Origin: Prevotella sp. CAG:485
GTDB taxonomy: Bacteria; Bacteroidota; Bacteroidia; Bacteroidales; Muribaculaceae
Direction of reading: 5' to 3'
NCBI GenBank assembly: GCA_000437495.1
Contig: FR897805.1
Coordinates: forward strand, 3,160-67,159
Length of the DNA stretch: 64,000 nt
Below the pieces are notes generated by a model. That model had not been told where the DNA came from. It saw only the letters and a list, made by a program, of their open reading frames with translations, and did no database searches. A program made the translations under genes and the position numbers. Below, piece by piece: positions 10,960 through 21,500 of this stretch (position 1 is the first letter of the stretch; the number at the start of each line of letters is the position of its first letter).

Positions 10960-11976
10960 ATGAATAAAATTCTGTTGATATTGTTGGGTGTTGCTGTGTC
11001 GCTGACAGTCTCAGCCGCCGCTCCGGCATTGCAAAGTGCCGACAGGGGAGAGGTGCATCGTCATTATCTCTGGTCTCCGCAAATGGGCGACACCATAACT
11101 GTGGATGTCTGGACGCCCGAAGGATATAGTGCCAAGGGCAAACCTTATCCGGTAATCTATGCTCACGACGGACAGAATCTCTTTGATGCCAACACCACAT
11201 GGAATCATCAGGCCTGGGAGCTGGATTCCGTCTTATCGCTGCTGCAGGACCGCAACCTTATAGCACCTCCGGTGGTAGTGGGCATTCACTGTTTCCCTGA
11301 GAGCCGGGTGGGGGATTTGGCGCCGCAGAAAGCCATAGAATCCATCCCCGATTCTATTCTGAAGGGCTTTGCGCGGTTTACCTCGAAGCCTATGCGCGGC
11401 GACGCTTACGCTGCTTTCATGGTCAACACTCTGAAGCCTTTTATCGACAGCCGTTATAACGTCAGCAAGGACCCGGAGCAAACGGCTTTGCTCGGCTCCA
11501 GCATGGGCGGGTTGATGTCCATATATGCGCTCTGTGAATATCCCTCTACCTTCGGCACTGCTCTGTGCCTTTCCACTCACTGGATAGGCGATGCGCAGAG
11601 AAAGGAACCGGATTTCCAGAAGGCTATGGCGGCTTATCTGCAAAAGAATCTGCCGCCAAGGACTCCTGACTCCAAATCGGCAAAACAAATTCCGCACCGC
11701 ATCTATTTCGACAGAGGCACTTCCGGACTCGACGCTCTCTATGATGCCTGGGAAGCATATATGATAACTCTTCTCAACGAAAAGGGCTATAACACTGTGC
11801 CTATGTTCCCCTCTCTTGCAGTTGATTTACCCGCCTTAGCCGATGCTCGTCTTGCCGCTCAGCTTTCGGCTCCTTTCATGGCCTTTACGGCTCCCGATGC
11901 CGAACATCAGGAACGCTTCTGGAAACGCCGCGTGGCTCTGCCGCTCGCATTTTTCCTCTATCCGCTGCGGAAATAA
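10960..11976 (+). CDS. Secreted alpha/beta hydrolase (esterase family).
   Basis: Has a signal peptide, VIYAHDGQ, and the nucleophile elbow GSSMGG. Confidence 0.7.
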   Translation: MNKILLILLGVAVSLTVSAAAPALQSADRGEVHRHYLWSPQMGDTITVDVWTPEGYSAKGKPYPVIYAHDGQNLFDANTTWNHQAWELDSVLSLLQDRNLIAPPVVVGIHCFPESRVGDLAPQKAIESIPDSILKGFARFTSKPMRGDAYAAFMVNTLKPFIDSRYNVSKDPEQTALLGSSMGGLMSIYALCEYPSTFGTALCLSTHWIGDAQRKEPDFQKAMAAYLQKNLPPRTPDSKSAKQIPHRIYFDRGTSGLDALYDAWEAYMITLLNEKGYNTVPMFPSLAVDLPALADARLAAQLSAPFMAFTAPDAEHQERFWKRRVALPLAFFLYPLRK

Positions 11977-12006
11977 TCTGCGAATAGACCTTTAGTCCAA
12001 TATAAA

Positions 12007-12046
12007 AATCCGCGCCTCAGGCTTTCTGAAGCGCGGATTATGTTTA
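12007..12046. terminator. Bidirectional hairpin terminator between the convergent esterase and glyA genes.
   Basis: AATCCGCGCCTCAGGCTTTCTGAAGCGCGGATT has an A/T run on both sides. Confidence 0.6.
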
Positions 12047-12057
12047 TGACAGGTTGA

Positions 12058-13338
12058 TTACCAGGCAAACATCGGCATGTCGTTCATCATGTCGTTGACT
12101 TCCTGACGAACTTTGGCGATTTCCTCCTCATTGTCGGCGTTGGTGAGAACCCGGTCAATGAGTTCAACTATTGTCTCCATCATGTCCTCTTTGGCTCCGC
12201 GGGTGGTGATAGCGGCGGTGCCGAAGCGCAGACCGGAGGTCAGGAACGGTGAACGGCTGTCGTAGGGAACCATGTTCTTGTTGGCGGTGATGTCGGCCTC
12301 CACGAGAACGCGTTCAGCCTTTTTGCCGCTCATTTCGGGGAACTTCGGACGCAGGTCAACCAGCATGGAGTGGTTGTCTGTGCCGTCGCTGATAATCTTG
12401 TATCCGCGTTTCATCAGAGCCCCGGCCATGGCTTTGGCATTCTTCTGCACCTGGATGGCATATTCTTTCCATTCGGGCTGCAGAGCCTCGCCGAAGGCAA
12501 CAGCCTTAGCAGCGATTACATGCTCCAGCGGGCCGCCCTGTACGCCGGGGAAGACGGCTGAGTCGAGCAGTGCGCTCATCTTCTTGATTTCGCCCTTGGG
12601 AGTCTTCTTGCCCCAGGGATTGTCGAAGTCTTTGCCCATGAGAATCATGCCGCCACGCGGGCCACGAAGGGTCTTGTGAGTAGTTGTAGTTACGATATGG
12701 GCATGCTTCAGCGGGTTCTCAAGCAGACCTGCGGCGATGAGGCCGGCGGGGTGAGCCATATCCACCATGAAGATGGCGCCAATCTCATCGGCGAGTTTGC
12801 GGATGCGGGCGTAGTCCCATTCGCGGCTGTAAGCGCTGGCGCCGGCAATGATGAGCTTCGGCTTCTCGGCGCGTGCCTTTTCTTCCATCTCCTCGTAGTT
12901 GACGCGGCCGGTCTCCGGGTCTACCGTGTAGCTGATAGGCTGGAACATGAGGCCTGAGAAGTTTACGGGGCTGCCGTGGCTGAGGTGGCCGCCGTGGCTG
13001 AGGTCCATACCCATGAACTTATCGCCCGGCTGAAGCACTGCCATGAATACGGCCATATTGGCCTGTGCGCCCGAGTGAGGCTGCACGTTTACCCATTCGG
13101 CATCGAACAGACGCATGGCGCGTTCTTTGGCTATATTTTCGGTCTTATCTACCTCCTGGCAGCCGCCGTAGTAGCGCTTGGCAGGATATCCCTCGGCATA
13201 TTTGTTGGTCATGCATGAGCCCATGGCACGCATTACTTCGTCGCTGACAAAGTTCTCGCTGGCTATCAGCTCAATGCCTCTGCGCTGACGCAGATGCTCG
13301 CGGTCGATGATGTCAAAGATCTCGTTGTCTCTTTTCAT
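12058..13338 (-). CDS. glyA: Serine hydroxymethyltransferase.
   Basis: 426 aa with a canonical SHMT sequence. Confidence 0.95.
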   Translation of the reverse strand: MKRDNEIFDIIDREHLRQRRGIELIASENFVSDEVMRAMGSCMTNKYAEGYPAKRYYGGCQEVDKTENIAKERAMRLFDAEWVNVQPHSGAQANMAVFMAVLQPGDKFMGMDLSHGGHLSHGSPVNFSGLMFQPISYTVDPETGRVNYEEMEEKARAEKPKLIIAGASAYSREWDYARIRKLADEIGAIFMVDMAHPAGLIAAGLLENPLKHAHIVTTTTHKTLRGPRGGMILMGKDFDNPWGKKTPKGEIKKMSALLDSAVFPGVQGGPLEHVIAAKAVAFGEALQPEWKEYAIQVQKNAKAMAGALMKRGYKIISDGTDNHSMLVDLRPKFPEMSGKKAERVLVEADITANKNMVPYDSRSPFLTSGLRFGTAAITTRGAKEDMMETIVELIDRVLTNADNEEEIAKVRQEVNDMMNDMPMFAW

Positions 13339-13423
13339 GATTTAGATTTTTACTTTTTCAGGTGCCCGCCGCGCGGGACTTGAAAACCATTTTGATTATT
13401 TTGTTGATTTTTGTTTTTGTTGC

Positions 13424-14713
13424 TTATCCTCCGAAATTGTCGTAATGGACGGATTCCGGCTCAACGCCCAGGTTGTAGAGCATATTGTTAACGGCATTGC
13501 TCATCGGTCCGGGACCGCACATGTAGTACTCAATGTCTTCAGGTGCCGGATGGTCTTTGAGATATTTCTCAAACATGACCTGATGCACGAAGCCAGCCGT
13601 GTATTTCACGCCTGCGGCGTCGGCTGCCGGGTCAGGACGGTCAAGGGCCAGATAGAAATGGAAGTTCGGGAAGTCCTTCTCCAACTGCAGGAAATCGTCG
13701 AGATAGAACACCTCATTAAGCGCACGCGCGCCGTAGAAGTAGCTCATCTTTCTGTCGGTGGTGTGCAGAGTCTTGGTCATGTACATTATCTGGCTGCGCA
13801 GAGGTGCCATACCGGCGCCGCCGCCTACCCAAATCATCTCCGCTTTGGAGTCGAGAATGGGGTGGAAATCGCCGTAAGGACCGCTCATCAGCACCTTGTC
13901 GCCCGGTTTCAGGGTGAAGATATATGACGAGGCTATGCCCGGCGATACGTTCTGGAAGCCTACCTGAGGCTTCGGCTTGAAGGGTGGTGTGGCTATGCGC
14001 ACGGTGAGCATGATGCGGTCGCCTTCTGCCGGATAATTGGCCATTGAATAGGCACGCACGGTGGCCTCCGTGTTGCGGCATTTCAAATCGAACAGGCCGA
14101 ATTTCTGCCACGCAGGGAGATATTCGTCGCCTATGAGGCTTTTGTCTATGTCACCGTCATACGTCATCTCATATTCCGGAATACGTATCTGAGCGTAGGA
14201 GCCGGGGATGAAATTCATGTGCTCACCCTCGGGCAACTTCACAATGAATTCTTTGATAAAGGTGGCTACGTTGCGGTTGCTGATTACCTCACATTCCCAT
14301 TCTTTTACTTCCAGGGCAGCCGGGTCAACGGCCAGTTTCAGGTCTTGTTTCACTTTTACCTGGCAACCCAGGCGCCAGTGATCTTTTATCTGCTTGCGCG
14401 AGAAATGTACAGCCTCTGTGGGCAGCATATCGCCGCCCCCTTCCAGCACTCTCACCTTGCATTGGCCGCATGAGCCTTTGCCGCCGCATGCCGACGACAA
14501 ATGCACGCCGCCGTCGGCCAGCGTCGACAACAGTGAGCCTCCGGCAGGTGCATTGAAGCTCTTGGTGCCGTCGTTTATGTCAATGTGAACCTCGCCCGAG
14601 GCCACCAGGAAATGTTTGGCTACGAGCAACACCGCCGTCAATACCAATACTATGCAGGTGAATAACAGTGCGGCAGCCCATACTGACGACCAGATTATAT
14701 GCAGTAACATCAT
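13424..14713 (-). CDS. nqrF: Na+-translocating NADH:quinone oxidoreductase subunit F.
   Basis: TM anchor, a 2Fe-2S ferredoxin motif (CGGKGSCGQC) and an FAD/NAD-binding domain. Confidence 0.9.
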   Translation of the reverse strand: MMLLHIIWSSVWAAALLFTCIVLVLTAVLLVAKHFLVASGEVHIDINDGTKSFNAPAGGSLLSTLADGGVHLSSACGGKGSCGQCKVRVLEGGGDMLPTEAVHFSRKQIKDHWRLGCQVKVKQDLKLAVDPAALEVKEWECEVISNRNVATFIKEFIVKLPEGEHMNFIPGSYAQIRIPEYEMTYDGDIDKSLIGDEYLPAWQKFGLFDLKCRNTEATVRAYSMANYPAEGDRIMLTVRIATPPFKPKPQVGFQNVSPGIASSYIFTLKPGDKVLMSGPYGDFHPILDSKAEMIWVGGGAGMAPLRSQIMYMTKTLHTTDRKMSYFYGARALNEVFYLDDFLQLEKDFPNFHFYLALDRPDPAADAAGVKYTAGFVHQVMFEKYLKDHPAPEDIEYYMCGPGPMSNAVNNMLYNLGVEPESVHYDNFGG

Positions 14714-14722
14714 AGCTCTTGT

Positions 14723-15337
14723 TTACAGTTTAATGCCTAAGAACGACATAAAGGCTATGCCCATAAGTCCGGTGATGATAAACGAGATACCCACTCCGCG
14801 CAGGGGCGCCGGGATGTGCTTTACGCTCAGGCGTTCGCGTATGGCCGCAAGCGCTGTGATGGCAAGTAGCCAGCCTATGCCTGAGCCTGCGCCATAAACC
14901 GTGGCTGTCCATGCGTTGTCAAATTCCCGTTGCTGCATGAACAGCACAGCGCCAAGTATGGCACAGTTCACCGCTATCAGCGGCAGGAAGATGCCGAGAG
15001 AATTATACAGCGACGGTGAATATTTCTCTATCACCATTTCCAGTATCTGCACAAGGGCCGCTATGACGGCTATAAACATTATCAGCCCCAGAAAGCTGAG
15101 GTCTGTTTCAGCATACTCCTGACCCAACCAGCTCAAGGCTCCGGGCACGAGCAGATACTGATTTATGCACCACGTTATCGGCAATGCTATCATCAACACA
15201 AAGCTCACGGCTACTCCCAGGCCAAACGCCGTCTTGACATTCTTGCTGACTGCCAGAAACGAACACATGCCCAGGAAGTAGGCAAACACCATGTTGTCTA
15301 CAAATATCGACTTTATGAATAGATTCAGGTTGTCCAT
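14723..15337 (-). CDS. nqrE: Na+-NQR subunit E.
   Basis: 204-aa polytopic membrane protein in operon order. Confidence 0.9.
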   Translation of the reverse strand: MDNLNLFIKSIFVDNMVFAYFLGMCSFLAVSKNVKTAFGLGVAVSFVLMIALPITWCINQYLLVPGALSWLGQEYAETDLSFLGLIMFIAVIAALVQILEMVIEKYSPSLYNSLGIFLPLIAVNCAILGAVLFMQQREFDNAWTATVYGAGSGIGWLLAITALAAIRERLSVKHIPAPLRGVGISFIITGLMGIAFMSFLGIKL

Positions 15338-15368
15338 ATCAATTCGTTGTTTAAGAATAAGATATCAG

Positions 15369-15998
15369 TTAATGCTCCTGAAGGTCCTTGTGTCTTGCTC
15401 TGTGAACCCAGATTATGCAAGCCACTACAATGAGGGCCATGGGGGGCAGAATCATCAGTCCGCAGTTTGAGTACCCGGCATCATACCACGATTGCGGCAC
15501 CACCTGGAAGCCGAACAGCGAGCCGCTGCCGAGCAATTCACGGAAGAAGGCCACTATCAGCAATATGGCGGCATAGCCAATGCCGTTGCCCACTCCGTCG
15601 AGAAACGACAGCCACGGGCGGTGTGTGAGCGCAAAGGCTTCCAGACGGCCCATGATGATGCAGTTGGTGATGATGAGCCCGATGAATACCGACAGCTGTA
15701 CGCTGACGTCGTAGGCAAATGCCTTGAGCACCTGGTCTACTATCACCACCAACGCCGCAACCACCACAAGCTGCACTATGATGCGTATGGAGGTGGGTAT
15801 GGTTTTGCGTATCAGCGACAGGATGACGTTGGAGAAGGCCAGCACACAGATTACGGATATGCCCATAACGAATGCCGGCTCCATTTTGGCGGTTACTGCC
15901 AAGGCTGAACAGATACCCAGTATCTGAACAATTACCGGATTATCCTTCGACAGCGGGTTGAGAAAGGCCTGCTTTACTTCTTTGCTTAGACTGCTCAT
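15369..15998 (-). CDS. nqrD: Na+-NQR subunit D.
   Basis: 209-aa membrane protein adjacent to nqrC and nqrE. Confidence 0.9.
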   Translation of the reverse strand: MSSLSKEVKQAFLNPLSKDNPVIVQILGICSALAVTAKMEPAFVMGISVICVLAFSNVILSLIRKTIPTSIRIIVQLVVVAALVVIVDQVLKAFAYDVSVQLSVFIGLIITNCIIMGRLEAFALTHRPWLSFLDGVGNGIGYAAILLIVAFFRELLGSGSLFGFQVVPQSWYDAGYSNCGLMILPPMALIVVACIIWVHRARHKDLQEH

Positions 15999-16717
15999 TA
16001 TTTACCCTGATTTTGAAGGTTCTTGAAAAATGCATTATAAGGGCGCATCGACTTTTCGAGCATTGTCTGCACACCCTGCGACGTTATGGTGCCGCCGCTA
16101 ATGGCATGCACATAACTGCCTGAGGCCGGTTCATGACCGCTCTTTACCACTTTGATAGGCTCGAAATTGCCGTCTTCGTAGAGCGTTTGGCCCTTGAACT
16201 GATTGCTGAAAGCCGGTTTGGCAATCTCGGCGCCAAGACCCGGCGTCTCGCCCTGATGAGCGAAATATGCGCCATAGATGCTTGTGCCGTCGCTGTTCAT
16301 GGCTATGTAGCCCCAGATGGGACCCCAAAGACCCATGCCATACACCGGCACTATATATTTCGTTTCATTGTCTTTCTGGCACACGAACACCGGCAGCATG
16401 CGCCTGTCGTCGGGTTTCTTCATCTCCATGGCCGGATTGATGTCGAAGGCTGCCGGGGCGCCAGCAACGTCCAGTCCGCGCGAATTGACAACCCGCGTGC
16501 TCACTATGTATTTCTGATACAGGTCTGCAACACTCTCACCGTCCTGCGGCACTATCAGCGCTGCTTCCAGAATCTGGCGCTTCTTGTCGTTGGCTATGTT
16601 TTCGGTCTGTTGGGGGCGCAAAGCCTGATATACGAGCGACAGGCCAACGCCTACCACCAGCACAAGCACTACAATGTAGACTACCGTATAGAGATTGCTG
16701 TTTTTATTTATCTTCAT
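15998..16717 (-). CDS. nqrC: Na+-NQR subunit C (FMN-binding).
   Basis: 239 aa with an N-terminal TM helix and FMN-binding domain. It overlaps nqrD by 1 bp. Confidence 0.9.
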   Translation of the reverse strand: MKINKNSNLYTVVYIVVLVLVVGVGLSLVYQALRPQQTENIANDKKRQILEAALIVPQDGESVADLYQKYIVSTRVVNSRGLDVAGAPAAFDINPAMEMKKPDDRRMLPVFVCQKDNETKYIVPVYGMGLWGPIWGYIAMNSDGTSIYGAYFAHQGETPGLGAEIAKPAFSNQFKGQTLYEDGNFEPIKVVKSGHEPASGSYVHAISGGTITSQGVQTMLEKSMRPYNAFFKNLQNQGK

Positions 16718-16724
16718 GGCTGCC

Positions 16725-17912
16725 TCAGGCTTTTACACGCGCCATGCGGCGACGTATGTTAACATTCACTATGCACCAGTCGATGAGAGGCGCGAAACAG
16801 TTCATCAGAAGCACTGCCAGCATGGCACCTTCCGGATAACCCGTGTTGTAACAGCGTATCAATATGGCTATTACGCCTATCAGAAAGCCGTAGATATATT
16901 TGCCCAGACGGGTTCGGCACGAGGTTACCGGGTCTGTGGCCATAAACACCACCGCAAAGGCGAATCCGCCCAGACAGAGCTGCCACCACGGACCGAGGAA
17001 TGCCACCGGATATGTGGGTGTGGCGGTTGCCTGTGCCAGAAGCGACATCAGGATGCCACCCACCGTGGCCGACAGCATTATGCGCCACGAGGCCATGCCG
17101 AAGAGTAGCAAAACGGCCGCTCCTATCAGTATACAGAAGGTTGAAGTCTCGCCCCACGAGCCCGGAATGAAGCCCCAGAAGGCGTCGCTGAGCGTGAGAT
17201 GCTCGCCTATGGCGTTCGTTACATCTGCCAGCGGGTTGGTGCCACCGGCCGAGGCTATCTGGCCAAGGGGTGTCGCTCCCGTAAAACCATCAACTGTTGG
17301 CTGGCCCCCAAGCGAGATAAAGACCTTGTCGCCGCTCATCTTTGCCGGATAGGCAAAGAAGAGGAAAGCACGCGCCACCAGGGCCGGGTTCATGAAGTTG
17401 TAACCCGTGCCACCGAACACCTCTTTGCAGAAAATCACAGAGAAGGCCGTGGCCACGGCCAGCATCCACAACGGCGTGTCGATGGGGCAAATCATCGGTA
17501 TCAGCATACCCGACACTAAAAAGCCCTCCTGTATCTCATGGCCGCGTATCTGAGCAAAGATAAACTCTATGCCCAGGCCCACAATGTAGGTTACAAACAT
17601 CATGGGCAGCGTCATCATAAAGCCATACCACCAACATTCAAGCACATTGCAACCGGCACCGGTGGCGAGTCCATGCTGATAACCCACGTTCCACATACCA
17701 AACAGGCAGCAGGGCAGCAAAGCCAGAATCACTATTATCATAGTGCGTTTGGAGTCGTTGCTGTCGTGAATCTGGACCCCGGTTTTTGATGTGGTGTTGG
17801 GCGTATATAAGAATGTGTAGAATCCGTCGAACACGGAATGCAGCTTAGCATACTTGCCACCCTTCTCAAACTGTGGCTTTATGCGGTCGAGCTGCTCTTT
17901 TAACCTACTCAT
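16725..17912 (-). CDS. nqrB: Na+-NQR subunit B.
   Basis: 395-aa polytopic membrane protein. Confidence 0.9.
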   Translation of the reverse strand: MSRLKEQLDRIKPQFEKGGKYAKLHSVFDGFYTFLYTPNTTSKTGVQIHDSNDSKRTMIIVILALLPCCLFGMWNVGYQHGLATGAGCNVLECWWYGFMMTLPMMFVTYIVGLGIEFIFAQIRGHEIQEGFLVSGMLIPMICPIDTPLWMLAVATAFSVIFCKEVFGGTGYNFMNPALVARAFLFFAYPAKMSGDKVFISLGGQPTVDGFTGATPLGQIASAGGTNPLADVTNAIGEHLTLSDAFWGFIPGSWGETSTFCILIGAAVLLLFGMASWRIMLSATVGGILMSLLAQATATPTYPVAFLGPWWQLCLGGFAFAVVFMATDPVTSCRTRLGKYIYGFLIGVIAILIRCYNTGYPEGAMLAVLLMNCFAPLIDWCIVNVNIRRRMARVKA

Positions 17913-17938
17913 TGTTATAACTTATTTAAGAGTTAATG

Positions 17939-19276
17939 TTATTCCATTTCCTTGCGCAGGCTGTCGAGGCTGTCGCGAACCATCTGCTGCAGCGGCAACT
18001 TTGAGGTATCTACAAACTCGGGCAGCGCAAAGTCTTCGGGAGCCACTTCATAGATGCCCAACTTCTCCATCTTGTCGATGTTGTTGTCGGCTATGGCACG
18101 TAGCAGAAATTCCGGATAAATGTCCATGGGGAATACGCTGTCGTACTCCTCGCTGAGTATGGGAGCGCGCCTGCCACCACGCAGCCTTGCGTCGAAGTCG
18201 AACTTGGCGCTGTGGCGGCGCAAGAATCCGGGGAATGAGCGTTTGACGCTGTATTTGCGCGGATTCAGACTTGCCCAGCCCATAAATTCGTCGGCATTGT
18301 CACCCTCGGCAATCACCGTAACCTGACGCCACGGACGCCTCAGATAACCCTCTGTGGCGCTTACGGCATGGCCGGTGAGCACATTGCCCGAAATGATGCG
18401 GTCTTTCTTCTCCGTTTTAATGGCAAAAGGCTTGAGCAGCGACGCTATGTCGCATCCTATCACCGTTTTCACCATGGCCGGATTCTCTACCATCGGTCCT
18501 GTTACAGCCACCTTGGCCTCTGCATCCAGCTCTCCGGTGAGTCTAAGCCTGCCCATACGCACCGCTGTGCGGGCGTCGAGAGTCCATACCGTCTCACCCT
18601 TGTTCACCGGTTTGATAGCAGCTATCTGCGTGCCGACGTTACCGGCCGGATGAGGCCCTTCAAACTCCGTCACCACAGCTCCCGTGGCATTGATGCCTGA
18701 GCCGAAACGCACGCCAAGATACACTTTGCCGTCGGTTAGTTGGCTCAACATCTCAATGCCGGCCTGCAGAGCGTCCTGGTCAGCGGCATCAATAAGTGCC
18801 GGAGCCAGAGGTGCGCTGTCGAACGCTGTGATAAAAATATCGCGGGGGCGGATGCCGGGAGTCGGTATAATGTCATACGGACGCTGGCTCATCATTGCCC
18901 ATAAGCCTGAGCGGCAGAGGGCGTCGGTAATGCCTTCTGCGTCTGAGCCGATGGTGAATTTCACAGTCTCAAGGCCCTCTTTGCCGCAGTCAATCACCAC
19001 CGACAATATGCGGCGGCGTTCTCCACGGTTGATTTCGGCTACTTCGCCGGCTGCCGGACTGGTAAGATAAAGGCCCTCATGCTCTTTGGCTTGAAGCACC
19101 GGAGTACCTTTGCCAACCTTATCGCCCGGCTTTACAAGTAACTTCCAGGTAAATCCGCCGAAGTCGGCCGGTACGATGCCGGCTTTTGACGGTGATATAG
19201 TTATTTCCCGCGACATATCTGCTTTCCCGGCCAAAGGTATGTCGAGGCCTTTCTTAATCTTGATGATTTCAGCCAT
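17939..19276 (-). CDS. nqrA: Na+-NQR subunit A.
   Basis: The start is placed at MAEIIKIKKGLDIPLAG (ATG at 19274-19276), which matches NqrA N-termini. The ORF track start at 19342 adds 22 unconserved residues. Confidence 0.85.
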   Translation of the reverse strand: MAEIIKIKKGLDIPLAGKADMSREITISPSKAGIVPADFGGFTWKLLVKPGDKVGKGTPVLQAKEHEGLYLTSPAAGEVAEINRGERRRILSVVIDCGKEGLETVKFTIGSDAEGITDALCRSGLWAMMSQRPYDIIPTPGIRPRDIFITAFDSAPLAPALIDAADQDALQAGIEMLSQLTDGKVYLGVRFGSGINATGAVVTEFEGPHPAGNVGTQIAAIKPVNKGETVWTLDARTAVRMGRLRLTGELDAEAKVAVTGPMVENPAMVKTVIGCDIASLLKPFAIKTEKKDRIISGNVLTGHAVSATEGYLRRPWRQVTVIAEGDNADEFMGWASLNPRKYSVKRSFPGFLRRHSAKFDFDARLRGGRRAPILSEEYDSVFPMDIYPEFLLRAIADNNIDKMEKLGIYEVAPEDFALPEFVDTSKLPLQQMVRDSLDSLRKEME

Positions 19277-19357
19277 TCGGATTATATTTAAACCGCACGC
19301 TCCGCAATGGAATGTGGTCATGCCGAAGCGTATGCGTTGCAAAGGTTAAATTCTCTG

Positions 19358-19365
19358 CAAAAATA
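19358..19365 (-). promoter_or_regulatory. Candidate -7 box (TATTTTTG on the minus strand) for the nqr operon.
   Basis: The plus strand reads CAAAAATA about 80 nt upstream of the nqrA ATG. Confidence 0.3.
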
Positions 19366-19390
19366 ATAAAAATTAACCACTCTTACAACT

Positions 19391-19575
19391 ATGGGGTGAT
19401 TTTATGGCTAAGGTGATTGGGAAGGGGAAGGGAGTTTAGGGAATTAAGGGCTTTAAGGAATTTAAGGAGCTTAAAGAGGTGAGGGAAAATAAGGATCTTA
19501 AGGAGTTTAAGGAATTTAAGGAGCTTAGGGAGATTTGGAAGGGTAAGGGGGAAGGGGAGAAGGCAAAGAAAAACT
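19391..19575 (+). repeat. Purine-rich (G+A) low-complexity intergenic tract A with internal degenerate tandem repeats of about 48 bp (TTAAGGARTTTAAGGAGCTTARRGAG).
   Basis: Read directly from the sequence. The plus strand has almost no C and is G/A/T-rich. It belongs to the same family as the tracts at 35671..36052 and 40236..40447. Confidence 0.6.
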
Positions 19576-19596
19576 GCGCCGGCAATGCTGGCGCAG
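19563..19596 (-). terminator. Rho-independent terminator of the TPR gene.
   Basis: Hairpin CTGCGCCGGCAATGCTGGCGCAG, with a T-run on the minus strand (AAAGAAAAA on plus). Confidence 0.6.
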
Positions 19597-19622
19597 TTGT
19601 ATTTGAGTGCTATTCTAATATC

Positions 19623-21272
19623 TTACTTCAGATTCTTCAGACCGTTGGTGGCGTCGGCGTTGCCGGGCTGCAGGGTCAGAATCTTGTTGTAATAGTTGGT
19701 GGCAAGCTGTTTGTTACCGGCTTTGGCTGCTGCCATGGCAAGATAGTTGTACATGGTGATGGCATTGTTGATGAACGGTTTGTTCTTGTCGGCGGGGAGC
19801 TGCTCAAACAGGCTTACACCCTTGTTGAAGTCATCTATGGCTATGCTGCTTACTGCTGAAACAGGGGCATTGAGAATCTTTTCGCGGCCCATGAAGAAGT
19901 AGGTTGCCGGGTCGTTGGGATAGAGAGTCTTGGCTTTGGCGATGTAGCTGTTCAGGTCAGCGCTATACTGCTTGAAGGCCTCGGGATTCTCCTCTTTCAT
20001 CTGCGATGCCATGGCATAATTCAGAATCATGGCTGTGCGCAGTTCGCCTGAGCTGGGATTTTCAACCATCTTCATATAGTCGTTATAAGCTGCGGTGGCT
20101 GCCTTGTTGTCCTCTTTGTCGAGGTACAGATAGGCGAGTGCCTGGCGATAACGCGACTCTTTAGGATGCCGGTTGATAGCCTCTTCAAGCACTGTCTTGG
20201 CTTTGTCAAACTCTTTGGCTTTGCTGAACTGGTCAGATACCAGAGTGTAGTCGATAAGAGCAAACGGGCGCATCTTCGGGTCTGCCTCGTGAGCTGCCCA
20301 GAGCTCCTGAGCCATAGCCGGCATCTGAGCTGCCAGTTCCGGAAGCTGAGCCGCATTCATGAAGCGGAAACGCATGGCTGAATAGTTGTTCGGGTTCTGA
20401 CGAAGCAGCTGGCTGGCATAGTCATAGCCTTTCTTGTAATCCTTGTTCCAGAAAAGGAGGAAGGAGTATTCAGCCTCATCCTCGTCGAAGTGGTTGGGGT
20501 TGTTGACGTATTTGCCGTACTGCTCCACAGCCTCGCGGAACATATTGTTGTTGTAATATGTGCGGGCGAGTTCGCGCTGGCCAAGAGCCGACTGCGGGTT
20601 GTGGTTGAGAAGCAGCTGAAGCACGCGGATAGACTCTTTCGGGTTACGTATCTTCAGAATGTCGGCATAGCGAACGTATGACTCGGCGGCTGTGGGGTCA
20701 TAGCCGTAAGCCAGCTCGAAGTTTTGGTTAGCCTCACCCCATTTGCGGGCGTCGGCTGCCTGGTCGGCAAGGAAAAGATAATATTCCGGGTTTTCGGCAT
20801 TCTTCTTGTATGCCTTCTGCATGTGTTTCTCTATCTCTTTGGCGAAACGGTCGGCGTCAACGTCGTAGTAAGCGCGGGCTATTGCCACTTCTACCGATGA
20901 TGCGTCTTTGCCGGCATTCTTGCCTGCGAGTTTGAATTGCTGTTCAGCCTCTTTGGAGTTGCCGTTCTGCAGGTCAACAAGACCTTTGCCCACGTAGTTG
21001 TAGGGGTATTTGGGGTTGGCGGCGATGCCGTTGGTGAAATCCTTTTCAGCGGCTGCCAGATCGGGTTTCTCCACCTGCATCTCTATCATGCCCAGATAAT
21101 AGTACGATGCGGCTTTGTCGGTGCCGGGTTTGTCGAGGTTGCGCTCCAGAAGAGTGCGAGCCTGAGTAAAGCGCTGAGCTTTGTAGAATTCCACGCCATC
21201 TTTATAACCCTGAGCGCTTATGCTCATGGTAATGGCGGCAAATAAAAATGCTACTATGTATTTCAGTCTCAT
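19623..21272 (-). CDS. Secreted tetratricopeptide-repeat protein.
   Basis: 549 aa with a signal peptide and multiple TPR-like repeats. Confidence 0.75.
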   Translation of the reverse strand: MRLKYIVAFLFAAITMSISAQGYKDGVEFYKAQRFTQARTLLERNLDKPGTDKAASYYYLGMIEMQVEKPDLAAAEKDFTNGIAANPKYPYNYVGKGLVDLQNGNSKEAEQQFKLAGKNAGKDASSVEVAIARAYYDVDADRFAKEIEKHMQKAYKKNAENPEYYLFLADQAADARKWGEANQNFELAYGYDPTAAESYVRYADILKIRNPKESIRVLQLLLNHNPQSALGQRELARTYYNNNMFREAVEQYGKYVNNPNHFDEDEAEYSFLLFWNKDYKKGYDYASQLLRQNPNNYSAMRFRFMNAAQLPELAAQMPAMAQELWAAHEADPKMRPFALIDYTLVSDQFSKAKEFDKAKTVLEEAINRHPKESRYRQALAYLYLDKEDNKAATAAYNDYMKMVENPSSGELRTAMILNYAMASQMKEENPEAFKQYSADLNSYIAKAKTLYPNDPATYFFMGREKILNAPVSAVSSIAIDDFNKGVSLFEQLPADKNKPFINNAITMYNYLAMAAAKAGNKQLATNYYNKILTLQPGNADATNGLKNLK

Positions 21273-21500
21273 AGGTATGATTGGTTTTCCGGGTTTGAGC
21301 CGTTGAGGTCTGTTTTTATTATAACGCGCGTCCGGAGTATTTAATTACCCCGGCGCACGTTTTAGATTGCAAATTTAACACTTTTTTTCAATCCGCGCAA
21401 ATCCGCTTGTGGTGGCCGATAAATCCTTTCGATACATTCTTTATCGGCCGGCGGAGAGCCTCTCCGGTTTTACTAAAATTGCTTTTCCGGTGGATGATGC

